Shown here: positions 27,731 to 36,985 of the stretch, piece by piece
Layout: each line of letters starts with the position of its first letter
Position numbering within the stretch: the first letter of the stretch is position 1
Virus record (IMG/VR): IMGVR_UViG_3300018080_000224
Location: 1-53,969 of that record
Source of the DNA: a virus
Lineage: Duplodnaviria > Caudoviricetes
DNA: 53,969 nt
Strand: one strand, 5' to 3'
Position numbers and translations under genes: made by a program
The notes under the pieces: generated by a model
The model's input: the letters and a program-made list of their open reading frames with translations, nothing else
Told to the model about the DNA's origin: nothing
Database searches by the model: none

Positions 27731-28285
27731 TTATAAGTTTCTAGTTAAACGTTTTACTATATCAGCAGGACTGAATGGGTTTCTTTCTTGTTCTTGAGAC
27801 TCTACGTCGAACCCTTCATACCTTATAACTAATCTTTCTAAACTCACTGCATCGTCAGCTCCAGAATCAAAATCAGACGCAACTTCATATTCAACAGGCA
27901 CAGCATTATATAAGGTGTAGACTTTAACTACTGTACCATCTCTAGCTAAATGTTTTATAGTTACTGTTGTTCTATAGTCGCTGGTAACATAATTCTCAGA
28001 TTCGCCAAACTCACCCTTAGCATTTAAAGCCGCAAACGGTTTTGATGCCCACCTATGAAAATCTAAATTGCCAGTAACTCCTCTACTTAAAGTTATAGGT
28101 TTATAGGATATACTGTCTATTATTTGTCTAGGATGTAAATGTGCCCCACCTTCAGCATACTCAGTAGTAACTATTTCATACGCAGGAGTACTTACATTAG
28201 TAAATCCAGCTTTTCCACTAAATTCACTAATTTCTATAGACCATCTAAATTTATCTAACGGGTCTTTTAAACTAGGTCTAGCCAT
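27731..28285 (-). CDS. tail tube protein paralog 3 (T4 gp19-like)
   Basis: DPLDKFRW, YAEGG, ITLSRGV, LYNAVP, ERLVIRYE. Confidence 0.85.
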   Translation of the reverse strand: MARPSLKDPLDKFRWSIEISEFSGKAGFTNVSTPAYEIVTTEYAEGGAHLHPRQIIDSISYKPITLSRGVTGNLDFHRWASKPFAALNAKGEFGESENYVTSDYRTTVTIKHLARDGTVVKVYTLYNAVPVEYEVASDFDSGADDAVSLERLVIRYEGFDVESQEQERNPFSPADIVKRLTRNL

Positions 28286-28971
28286 TATAAAATACCACCT
28301 ATAGCGTTTCCTGCATATCCAAGAACATTTTCTGTAGCATCTTTAGCCAACTCTTTCAACAATCCGTCAATACCGCCTTCTAGCTCAAGAAAAAACTCAT
28401 AATTTAATGTTAATTCTTCTATAAGTTTAGTATCTTCACCAGCATCCAAGTTATCTCCGCCTTTATACATAGAGGGATAAGCATTAAAAAGCATCCACTG
28501 TTTAACAGGCTCCCCGTCACGATTATGTACATTTATAATAACTTCTTTTCTAAAATTGTCAGTTTGCAGCGGAGGAGCGTATGTAGTATTAGTAAGCTCT
28601 TGAGCACTTGCTAGTAAAAGTTGGTCATCATGAACTAATCTATACCAATTGTATAAATCTCTAGTACCAGTAACTCCCCTTTTAAGTACTACGGGAGTGT
28701 AAGTAGCTAAGCCTGGTATTCTAGTAAATCTTTGGTTATCCACATTTTCTCTGTATAGCATTTCATTAACAGCTACACTAGGGAGAATTACTTCACTAAA
28801 TCCTGCCCTACTAACTACAGAAAGTAAGTTCTTTCCTTGTTTAGACTGTAGAAGCTTAGGAAAAGCTGCTGCTGTTAAATCCATAGCAGCAGTAGCACTT
28901 ATATCTATAGATACTACTAATATACTAAATCTAAATTTTTCAACTGGATCATATTCAGAAGGTCTTGCCAT
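28285..28971 (-). CDS. tail tube protein paralog 2 (T4 gp19-like)
   Basis: DPVEKFRF, YRE, VVLKRGV, WMLFNAYP, EELTLNYE. Confidence 0.88.
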   Translation of the reverse strand: MARPSEYDPVEKFRFSILVVSIDISATAAMDLTAAAFPKLLQSKQGKNLLSVVSRAGFSEVILPSVAVNEMLYRENVDNQRFTRIPGLATYTPVVLKRGVTGTRDLYNWYRLVHDDQLLLASAQELTNTTYAPPLQTDNFRKEVIINVHNRDGEPVKQWMLFNAYPSMYKGGDNLDAGEDTKLIEELTLNYEFFLELEGGIDGLLKELAKDATENVLGYAGNAIGGIL

Positions 28972-28980
28972 ATTATCCTA

Positions 28981-29013
28981 AAGTGGGAGGAGACTTTTAA
29001 TATCTCCTCCCCA
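28981..29013 (-). terminator. hairpin after major tube gene (partial terminator/stabiliser)
   Basis: GGGAGGAGA-9 nt-TCTCCTCCC stem followed by a short CTTT. Confidence 0.6.
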
Positions 29014-29027
29014 ATTCTAATTCGTAT

Positions 29028-29612
29028 TTATAAAGATCCACTAACTGCTTTTGACGATAGTCCATCAATAGCCATTTCTTTAAAATCTTCATATCCAATT
29101 GTTAGTGATTCTAGAGCTTTGTCTCCATCTTCACTAGCATCAAGATCAGAACCTGGAACGAAATTTACAGGAAAAGCATTATATAGAACCCAAACTCTAG
29201 CCACATCACCATTTCTGCCATACATTTTAATTGTTAAATCTTTTTTATAACAATTAGCAGCAGCATCTGAGTTTCTAGCACTAACAGAATCACGTCCAAC
29301 GTGACCTGCTGTTGGATTATGTACCGCACTTATCCACTTATAAAATTCATTATTATCGTCTGCAGCAATTACTCCACGACTGAGAACAATATCTTCCATG
29401 CTACTTAAACCAGCAGAAATTTGATTGATATCAGGATCAATACCTTCTCTATACGTGATTTTAGTAGTGGCTCTCTTGGGCATTTGTACATCATGAAAAC
29501 CAAACCTAACAAGTGAGGTAGCTTCAGATGTAGCACTTTCTCCAGTTTCAGCCGTCCATTCTACTCGAAATCTAAATCTTTCTAATGGATCTACTGTTGA
29601 ACATCTTGCCAT
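29028..29612 (-). CDS. major tail tube protein (T4 gp19-like)
   Basis: DPLERFRF, YREG, IVLSRGV, WVLYNAFP, ESLTIGYE; directly after sheath. Confidence 0.9.
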   Translation of the reverse strand: MARCSTVDPLERFRFRVEWTAETGESATSEATSLVRFGFHDVQMPKRATTKITYREGIDPDINQISAGLSSMEDIVLSRGVIAADDNNEFYKWISAVHNPTAGHVGRDSVSARNSDAAANCYKKDLTIKMYGRNGDVARVWVLYNAFPVNFVPGSDLDASEDGDKALESLTIGYEDFKEMAIDGLSSKAVSGSL

Positions 29613-29628
29613 AATTATACTCCATTAA

Positions 29629-31089
29629 TTAAGCTGTTGGGATTGGATATTCAAGAGCAATTTCAATAAACCTAACAGCTTTATTAGGTCTAACTTGAAC
29701 TCTAACCCTTAACAACCCTTGGTCTAACTCATCTTGCGTAGGTTCAACACTAACAACTATAAATTGCTGAGCTTCAGGAAGTCCAGCAGGAAATAGATGT
29801 ATATTGTTCCTAAGAAAGGACTCAATAGCCCTTTGTATTTGTTCCTGAGTTTCTGGTGAGAAATTTTCCCACAGAAAACCCCTAAGTCCTCTTTCCAACG
29901 AACCTTTAATATACTGTAATGATCTCATTACTTGAATCAATTGTTCATCAGCAGTGACTGCGGCTCCACCAGCAGTGTAGCCTCCAAAAATAATATTTCC
30001 AGAACCAGGAAAAGATGTAATTCTATTAATCCACGCTAATCTTAGCGGAGCAGCATCAACTCTTTCCGAAAGAATCAAACTAAGGCCAGTAATTCCAGCA
30101 ATACTAGCATACTGAATGCCTGCAGGAGCGTGAGATGGTCCACCAATACCTATATTGGCGTCAATTCTAGCCATAACTCCAGCTACGTGCCCTATAGGGT
30201 CAATAGCTTTAATTGCCCCAGGACTAGCCAAAGAAGATTGGTCGAGAACAACAACATTATTAAAATACCATGCTGCTACTCTAGATGGATTATTAATAAC
30301 GTCATCTTTATAACTTATAGCAGAAGGAATTGAAATATTAACATCGTCGCCTACACCAAAAAATGTACTCGGGTCTGCTGCTACTGTTACTTCATCAGTA
30401 GTATCATTTACTGCGGAAATAACTGATGTATAACTGCCAGCATCGTTAGTGACAACCATACCTGGCGTAACTGCAGATAAATCTGGAGTACCTGACATAG
30501 TTATAACATACGGCCCTGTTCCAGCAACTGACGCATATTTACCGTCTTCTGTAATAAGTTCATTAGAATCAGCTAATCCTATTTCTTCAGGAATAGTCAA
30601 TAATGAAAAGGACGTAGAAAGTGTCGCCCCAAATTCCGCTCTTACTGTTTCCGTGTAATCAATCAATGCGCTTTGAACTAAATAAGCATCTTCCAAAGGT
30701 AGTCCAGGAACACACACTAGTCCTAAAACATCTTGTGCGTCTAAAGCACGTAGTCCTGAACCGTCTGCAGCACTACCTACGTAATCTGCTGCGGTTGGAG
30801 AACTACCAACATTGACAATTATAGCCACATTACCAGTACCAGCGTTGTCAAAAAATCCTTGCACAGCATAATAAGCGTCATTAGCGACCTCATCAACGTC
30901 ACCAAACGTATCTTCAAAATCAGATAGATTGGTTAGTTGAGTCGGCGTATTAACAGGAGCACCAGATTTAGTGGTACTAATTAAAAACGCTGTAACTGCA
31001 GTAGGAACACCAGCAACTTGTACAGTTCCTAATGGAACATCAAATACTTGTACTCGTTCTGGCCCTATATTTGTATTTAAATTGGCCAT
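29629..31089 (-). CDS. contractile tail sheath protein
   Basis: GVPTAVTAF, GHVAGVMARID, HAPAG, INRITSFPG, VRPNKAVRFI. Confidence 0.93.
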   Translation of the reverse strand: MANLNTNIGPERVQVFDVPLGTVQVAGVPTAVTAFLISTTKSGAPVNTPTQLTNLSDFEDTFGDVDEVANDAYYAVQGFFDNAGTGNVAIIVNVGSSPTAADYVGSAADGSGLRALDAQDVLGLVCVPGLPLEDAYLVQSALIDYTETVRAEFGATLSTSFSLLTIPEEIGLADSNELITEDGKYASVAGTGPYVITMSGTPDLSAVTPGMVVTNDAGSYTSVISAVNDTTDEVTVAADPSTFFGVGDDVNISIPSAISYKDDVINNPSRVAAWYFNNVVVLDQSSLASPGAIKAIDPIGHVAGVMARIDANIGIGGPSHAPAGIQYASIAGITGLSLILSERVDAAPLRLAWINRITSFPGSGNIIFGGYTAGGAAVTADEQLIQVMRSLQYIKGSLERGLRGFLWENFSPETQEQIQRAIESFLRNNIHLFPAGLPEAQQFIVVSVEPTQDELDQGLLRVRVQVRPNKAVRFIEIALEYPIPTA

Positions 31090-31113
31090 ATTTTAATATC
31101 TCCTCATAATTTC

Positions 31114-32553
31114 TTATGGGTCTTCGATTATTACATTGCCCTCAATATCTGCTATAGGCGTAGCTATGTCTTGAATCACGCCACGAATCTCTTCAGCTTC
31201 GAGCTTGTCAATCCATGTCTGCACCCAGAATGTAAATTCATGAATCCAGTATTGAGCGCCTTCTATATCTCTAGTTATATGGTCCACGAAATGGAACATA
31301 AAAACCTTTAAAGTTGCATTACTGACTATCATAGATCTCTTATCTGTAGTATATGTATCAGGTACTGTGTTTGATAGTACCAAAGTGTCAGTAGATTGCT
31401 TTTCTATTATTTTAGCCTCGTGAGGGCTTTCAAAACTTCCAGCCGAGTCTTTACTCGGAGTCACGTCATCTATTATAAAAACACTATCATTTAAATTAAA
31501 ATCACTATTATTAGCAACTTTTATAGTGCTACTTCCACCAGCAGAGACATCTTCAGTTAACAATTCTTCCGCACTCTGTTCACTTCTAACGACAACTGAA
31601 AGTCCCGATCTAGGTGGATTAAACTCTTCCCACATTCTATTAAGAGTATCTACATGATTATCTTTAGTTTTAGAGTCAATTCTAATCAAATAGTATAAAT
31701 CTAATGGAATGCTAAAACTTTTTCTTGACGCCAAACCAGTAGCTTCTTGAGATCCTGCTCTAAGAACTGGCTGCGCTGGGTCCATAACTACATACTTCAC
31801 TGGAGTAGTATCAGCATTTTTAAACACGTTTCCAGGTCTTTTTATGTATCCGCCTGTAGATAAATCTGGTGAACCGCCAGTTATTACAATAGAATGATTT
31901 TCAATATCTGTAGATGTTATTGGAAAAGGATTATTAAGTGAATCATAAAAAACATCAGCAGCTTCTACAGTATTTAAATCAACAGCTTCTTCAAAAGTAA
32001 TAGTACTTGTAGTAGAATCAAATAATAACGTAGGCATACTATCGACTAATGTATCAGATACAGTTACAGTATGAGGTCCAATAGCACTAGGAGTTATTGA
32101 ATCTACTTTGTATACTCCTATATTATTACCCCGTAATAGTTTAATAGTATAAGTATTTAAAATTTTTCTAATATTATATATAGAAGTTTCTAAAGTATTT
32201 CCTGGAGCAGCAATAACAGCATCTGACCCAGATACCATTATTTCATAACCTCGAACAGCATAATCAAGATATTTAGTACATCCACGTCCGTATTGAGATA
32301 CAACTCTTCCAGAAGTTAAATCTTCTCTTGATCTAAGTAGTCGTATAAAAAAGTGAGGATATTGAATATGATTAGCATCAGCACTACTATCATAAAAACT
32401 AGGTTCAACAGGAGTAGTTATAATTTCTCCAGTAAAAGGATCAAAAGTATCTTCCAGCACTACAGTATCAATAGTTCTAGTATCGTGAAATGTGATTCTA
32501 CGAACTTCTCGTGCTAAAGCTTCTTCTATGTCTCTAATTATCCTTCTACTCAT
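31114..32553 (-). CDS. tail terminator/completion protein with inserted domains
   Basis: directly upstream of sheath; PLDLYYLIRI and FTFWVQTWI strands resemble terminator fold. Confidence 0.6.
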   Translation of the reverse strand: MSRRIIRDIEEALAREVRRITFHDTRTIDTVVLEDTFDPFTGEIITTPVEPSFYDSSADANHIQYPHFFIRLLRSREDLTSGRVVSQYGRGCTKYLDYAVRGYEIMVSGSDAVIAAPGNTLETSIYNIRKILNTYTIKLLRGNNIGVYKVDSITPSAIGPHTVTVSDTLVDSMPTLLFDSTTSTITFEEAVDLNTVEAADVFYDSLNNPFPITSTDIENHSIVITGGSPDLSTGGYIKRPGNVFKNADTTPVKYVVMDPAQPVLRAGSQEATGLASRKSFSIPLDLYYLIRIDSKTKDNHVDTLNRMWEEFNPPRSGLSVVVRSEQSAEELLTEDVSAGGSSTIKVANNSDFNLNDSVFIIDDVTPSKDSAGSFESPHEAKIIEKQSTDTLVLSNTVPDTYTTDKRSMIVSNATLKVFMFHFVDHITRDIEGAQYWIHEFTFWVQTWIDKLEAEEIRGVIQDIATPIADIEGNVIIEDP

Positions 32554-32556
32554 TTA

Positions 32557-33678
32557 CTATTTCCTAAATGAAGAAGTAACTTTCTTAGCTACATTCCTTA
32601 AATCATTATACCATTTACTATAATTGCCGACTTTCCACATCACTATTAATCTGTGTACTGCTGGCCAAAATTCAATATCTCTATTAGATTCTAGAGAATA
32701 AGAAGAAGTTAAACTGTATATAACCTCTCCGCTTTTTTTAATTTCTTTATCTACTCTTAAATTATTTATAAGATGAATAATATTAGATTGAGTAATAATT
32801 TCTGGACCGCCAACAGCTTCAGGATCTACTTTTCTATCACGTATCTTTCTAATCTTATCAATCCAACCTTCAAGACTTTTTCTCAAACTACCAGTTTTAG
32901 CTGATTCTAACATGATAATAGCATTATCATACTGTCCATTTTTTACGTCAGTTATTACTGAGTTCAGATTTATAAAATGAGGAAATACTTCTTCTTCAAG
33001 AACAGCTTGCCTTAACATCCATATGGGCATTTGCCCTTTTTCCTTAGCTGTATTAAACCTATCTTCGTCAGTTACTGCTTTTTTGCCTTTTTGTCCTATA
33101 TGTGCGCAGTGAGCTTTAACATATTTTCTTAAGTCTATTCCTGGATTAAGATAATATGTGAGCCTGTTACTACCATCTATTACAGCAAAAATAGAACTAT
33201 TTATAGAAGTTATAACCTTATTTTTATGCTCTTCAAATGATGAGTCATCCTCAATAGGCTGCTGCATTCTGATTAGCATTGTCTGCTCACCATCTTTATT
33301 CACTTTTTGAAGAGTACTTACAGCTATTATTTCAGCATCTACATCAGCTATTGGAGTACTACCGTCAGTAAGTACATCCGACTCAAATCCTGACAAGTAT
33401 TTAAATACAGCACTCTCTGAAGCTAATATATCGCTCCAATTTTCATTATCACCAATATTTATTGGATTCCCAGGAACTGCTGTTTTTTGACTAAGAATTT
33501 CTTCGTTTACGGTAATTCTGAGTCTGTTTCTTAATTCATTTACATCCTTTTGTATAGGTTCGTCAAGTCCTTTTTGTATTACTTTTTCTTCTACTTCTTT
33601 AGTAAGGCGTCTTATTGCAGCTTCTATATCGTTAGTTCCAGGTTTTAATTTTACTGTTATGTTTAAATTCCTAGCCAT
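32557..33678 (-). CDS. probable neck/head-tail joining protein
   Basis: position only. Confidence 0.45.
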   Translation of the reverse strand: MARNLNITVKLKPGTNDIEAAIRRLTKEVEEKVIQKGLDEPIQKDVNELRNRLRITVNEEILSQKTAVPGNPINIGDNENWSDILASESAVFKYLSGFESDVLTDGSTPIADVDAEIIAVSTLQKVNKDGEQTMLIRMQQPIEDDSSFEEHKNKVITSINSSIFAVIDGSNRLTYYLNPGIDLRKYVKAHCAHIGQKGKKAVTDEDRFNTAKEKGQMPIWMLRQAVLEEEVFPHFINLNSVITDVKNGQYDNAIIMLESAKTGSLRKSLEGWIDKIRKIRDRKVDPEAVGGPEIITQSNIIHLINNLRVDKEIKKSGEVIYSLTSSYSLESNRDIEFWPAVHRLIVMWKVGNYSKWYNDLRNVAKKVTSSFRK

Positions 33679-34571
33679 TAATCTCTGCCGTAATTTCTAT
33701 GATGCTGTCTATGACAGATGTTACAAAGAGATACTCCATTGTCTATATCATAAAAATAATTATTATTTAGGTCATTTTCAGTTAAATCAGAAATAAATTT
33801 ATTATTAGTTGTACAATAACTATGAATCAAATGCTTTAGAGTAGTAATATGATGAACCTCTAAATCTGTAGTAGAATTACATTTTGTACAACATCTATTA
33901 TCTCGTTCTACAACTGCTGTTCTCCAATCCCAGTAGGATTTTAAATCTCTAACTCTCTCATATATAGATTTAATACCACCTTTCCAGGATGGATTATTTT
34001 TACCGAATTGATTATAACAACGATGGTGTTTATAAATACTATACTTATTCTTTGAAATATTTTTTAAAGTTTTTAAAATGGGAGTTTTTGAACAACTAAA
34101 TTTATCTGCTATTTGATTACACGACATTCCAGATTTATATAGTTGAATTACTTTTTGTTCTTGTTTTTCAGTTAAAAACTTAATTTGGTATTTACTAAGG
34201 ACAGTTTTTGCGTGATGTTGTAATTGTTCTTTAAGTTTAGGGTTATTTTGTACTATTAATTTTTTATCTACTTTTAAACCTAATTTATTAGCTATTTTTT
34301 GAATAGTACAATATTTTTTATTCAACTCTTTAGCACAATACTTACAACCTTTAGTTTCGTAGTTATCTTTTAAAAATTGTATTTCTTCATCATTTAATAT
34401 TTTTATGGTATCTTTATTCCAAGAGCCGTTGGAGCGACCCTTAAAACCCAGCTTCCAAGCTTTCATATAAATAGATTTTTCAGAGGTGTTTAGCATATTA
34501 GCTAATTCTTTAGCAGACATGTTTCCATAATTTTTTGTTAATATTTCAATATTAGAATCTGTCCAAATCAT
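33678..34571 (-). CDS. free-standing HNH homing endonuclease with HTH repeats
   Basis: NPSWKGG, CTKC, LEVHH, NGVSLCNICHRQHH; N-terminal WT..I..L...Y repeats; very AT-rich. Confidence 0.88.
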   Translation of the reverse strand: MIWTDSNIEILTKNYGNMSAKELANMLNTSEKSIYMKAWKLGFKGRSNGSWNKDTIKILNDEEIQFLKDNYETKGCKYCAKELNKKYCTIQKIANKLGLKVDKKLIVQNNPKLKEQLQHHAKTVLSKYQIKFLTEKQEQKVIQLYKSGMSCNQIADKFSCSKTPILKTLKNISKNKYSIYKHHRCYNQFGKNNPSWKGGIKSIYERVRDLKSYWDWRTAVVERDNRCCTKCNSTTDLEVHHITTLKHLIHSYCTTNNKFISDLTENDLNNNYFYDIDNGVSLCNICHRQHHRNYGRD

Positions 34572-34598
34572 TACTTCTCCTCTAAGTAGTTGATATTA

Positions 34599-35354
34599 TT
34601 AACCTCTTCCGATTCCGATAGATTGAAGCTGAGACTCCCTTTTCTCTTGACTTAAAACCCTACTCCATTCACCCTTCCAAAAAGTTATATTTTGATCACT
34701 AACACTACTACCATCTTCACCTCTAGAAGCTAGTAATATACTCCATATAGTATAATATACTACAAATAGTCTATTGTTCTCCGTATTACCTCTAGATTTA
34801 CTTAAATTAAGTTCTTCTCTAAGTTTAGTAGTAGCATTATTAATATGAGTTTGTATCATATTATCCCTAGCTTGTTGATCATTTCTTATAGCTTTTGGTA
34901 GAAATTGGTCAATATTAAATTTAGTAACTCTAACATCAGAAACAGTAGCATAACCGTAATCTCTAATACCTATCTGACCTGCTCCACTTTTAATTGTAAA
35001 ATATTCATCTCCAAAATACTGTGTAATTCCACCAAGTATTCCAGAATATGTAATTATATATTCATCAAGCGGAGTCTGACTACCAGGTATATCCCACTCA
35101 AATTGGTATTCATATTGCTGGCCAGGTACTAGAGTGCCAGTTAATGTAGCTAATACTACTGGAAATGGCTGCACATCCATCAAAAAACTAGGTTCTAAGA
35201 TTTGAGCAGTAGGCTCTGTTCCAGTATCTACTACTGTAGGTCTACCGTCATCCATAAAAATAATCTTAAATGTAGCTGTAGTTCCCCTTAAAAACGTATA
35301 ACCGTCTTTAGTTTCGATTCTAGTTCCTGCTGTTGGACTAATTACTCCTGCCAT
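34599..35354 (-). CDS. head-tail adaptor-like protein with N-terminal Ig-like domain
   Basis: YATVSDVR motif typical of connector proteins; position. Confidence 0.55.
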   Translation of the reverse strand: MAGVISPTAGTRIETKDGYTFLRGTTATFKIIFMDDGRPTVVDTGTEPTAQILEPSFLMDVQPFPVVLATLTGTLVPGQQYEYQFEWDIPGSQTPLDEYIITYSGILGGITQYFGDEYFTIKSGAGQIGIRDYGYATVSDVRVTKFNIDQFLPKAIRNDQQARDNMIQTHINNATTKLREELNLSKSRGNTENNRLFVVYYTIWSILLASRGEDGSSVSDQNITFWKGEWSRVLSQEKRESQLQSIGIGRG

Positions 35355-35358
35355 AAAC

Positions 35359-35676
35359 TTATCCTATAACATAATTTATAAGTACACTTGCTATCGCACT
35401 AAATACCATACCAAGAACACCTGCAACGACACCAACTTTAATCAAAATGCCGTTAGTTTTATTTTCTACCTTACAGAGTCTTCCCCTAAGGTCCCCCACC
35501 ATTTCTTTCGTGCTAGATTCTACTTTATCAATATCATCTTTAACGTCTACAAATTCTATTCTACTAGGTAGATACTTCAGATCATCCTTAATCTCTCCTA
35601 AAAGATCTATAATAGACTCTACTTTTGTTTCGACCCTAACTAGTCTCTCTGAGGTTGGGATGTTGTCTGGTGGCAT
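35359..35676 (-). CDS. coiled-coil protein with C-terminal TM (holin/XhlA-like)
   Basis: ERLVRVETKV coiled coil then VGVVAGVLGMVFSAIASVLI. Confidence 0.6.
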   Translation of the reverse strand: MPPDNIPTSERLVRVETKVESIIDLLGEIKDDLKYLPSRIEFVDVKDDIDKVESSTKEMVGDLRGRLCKVENKTNGILIKVGVVAGVLGMVFSAIASVLINYVIG

Positions 35677-35824
35677 TTGATTGTTCCTCTTCTATTTCCT
35701 TACATAATTCTTCTCGAATTATTTTCTGTTCGCTACAGATGTCCTCGGCATGTTTACAAGCTTGGTCTAGCTTTTCTTCTAGACTACTCTTTTGCTTTGT
35801 CTTCTTCAGGCTCTTGTGGTTCAT
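35636..35824 (-). CDS. hypothetical protein
   Basis: GAGG SD; overlaps both neighbours by ~40 nt. Confidence 0.45.
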   Translation of the reverse strand: MNHKSLKKTKQKSSLEEKLDQACKHAEDICSEQKIIREELCKEIEEEQSNATRQHPNLRETS

Positions 35825-35966
35825 TTACAAGTTCCTCACTCATTTGACCCTGAAGAGCACTTTTAATAGTTGCCAAACTAGTCTGAATAACTTGATGTTC
35901 TTGCAAATTACCAGTGTATGCTGCGCATACTTTCTCAATCGTATTTAAGCACTCTTTAAGTTCCAT
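35784..35966 (-). CDS. hypothetical protein
   Basis: GAGGAG SD. Confidence 0.6.
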   Translation of the reverse strand: MELKECLNTIEKVCAAYTGNLQEHQVIQTSLATIKSALQGQMSEELVNEPQEPEEDKAKE

Positions 35967-35979
35967 TGTATTCTCCTCG

Positions 35980-36153
35980 TTATTGTAGTTTTAACAGTAA
36001 ATCGACTAGATATTTATCTAATCTTAACATTACGACATAAAGACCTGCAGTTAAAATAATATTAAGCCAAATTACCCATTTTATTCTGGATACTTTAGAG
36101 CTTTTTATCCTACTTGTTAGGTCTTTTCTCGGTTTTCGATTTAATTTAGCCAT
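35980..36153 (-). CDS. 57-aa single-TM protein
   Basis: MAKLNRKPRKDLTSRIKSSKVSRIKWVIWLNIILTAGLYVVMLRLDKYLVDLLLKLQ; fills gap, not in ORF track. Confidence 0.6.
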   Translation of the reverse strand: MAKLNRKPRKDLTSRIKSSKVSRIKWVIWLNIILTAGLYVVMLRLDKYLVDLLLKLQ

Positions 36154-36159
36154 AAAGCC

Positions 36160-36981
36160 TTAATCTAGTTTTATAGGCCCTTCCATTGCTGAAAAGTAAC
36201 CTTGATTTATAGCTTCTCTTATTTTCTTTGGATCAAATTCCAAAGTGTCTATTAATAGTTTTTTAGGGGCATAAACCTCTAAATCTATCTTTTTATACAT
36301 AGGATCGCAGTTTTTTCTTATACAACACCAGATGTCATCAACGTATACTTCATGAGAAATAACATCTATTGTACGCATTCCTATTTTCAAACTCTTAAAT
36401 AATGGAAATTTTGGAAGTTCCCACTCAGCAGGATTGATATCCCAAGGGCTAGCTAATATAATAACTATTTTCTCCGCCCCATTATCAATAGCCTTTTTCA
36501 ATGGTGTGATTTCCCTAACTCCACCATCTACCCATATTTTATCCACAGGAGACATAGCTACTGGTATACAAGCACTAGCTTCTACAGAACTATTAAAATC
36601 ACTTTCGTCACTGTTTCCGTGTACTAATTCTCCAGTTTCTATATTAACTTTAGTAACTGTTGCAGGTATTCTACTTTTACCAGAACAACATGTATCTATA
36701 ATTTTTCTTAAAGGTTTAGTGTTATAAATACCATCTGCTGCCATGAAAAATAGATTTGACCAGTTAAATTTCAATAAATCTGATTTCTTTTTTATATTTT
36801 TCCAAACTACTTCTAAACCAGCAACTCCCTGATAAGCTAGACCAGCAGCATTCAAAGCACCTACAGAAGTTCCGTAAGAGTGTTCGAATTCATAACCCTT
36901 TTCAGCTAATCCTTTTAATACTCCTACTTCAAATGCTCCTTTTGCTCCTCCACCAGACATAACTACATGTACTTTTTTCAT
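36160..36981 (-). CDS. patatin-like phospholipase
   Basis: SGGGAKG oxyanion loop, GTSVG nucleophile elbow, ASACIP, VDGG. Confidence 0.93.
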   Translation of the reverse strand: MKKVHVVMSGGGAKGAFEVGVLKGLAEKGYEFEHSYGTSVGALNAAGLAYQGVAGLEVVWKNIKKKSDLLKFNWSNLFFMAADGIYNTKPLRKIIDTCCSGKSRIPATVTKVNIETGELVHGNSDESDFNSSVEASACIPVAMSPVDKIWVDGGVREITPLKKAIDNGAEKIVIILASPWDINPAEWELPKFPLFKSLKIGMRTIDVISHEVYVDDIWCCIRKNCDPMYKKIDLEVYAPKKLLIDTLEFDPKKIREAINQGYFSAMEGPIKLD

Positions 36982-36985
36982 AGTA

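Noticed and set aside
15298-32553. Stand-alone eCIS/tailocin locus
   Set aside because: It is contiguous with terminase, portal, scaffold and capsid genes, so it is a phage tail.
33600-34620. Second group I intron around the HNH gene
   Set aside because: The flanks are under 30 nt with no P/Q/R/S elements, and the neighbouring genes look complete.
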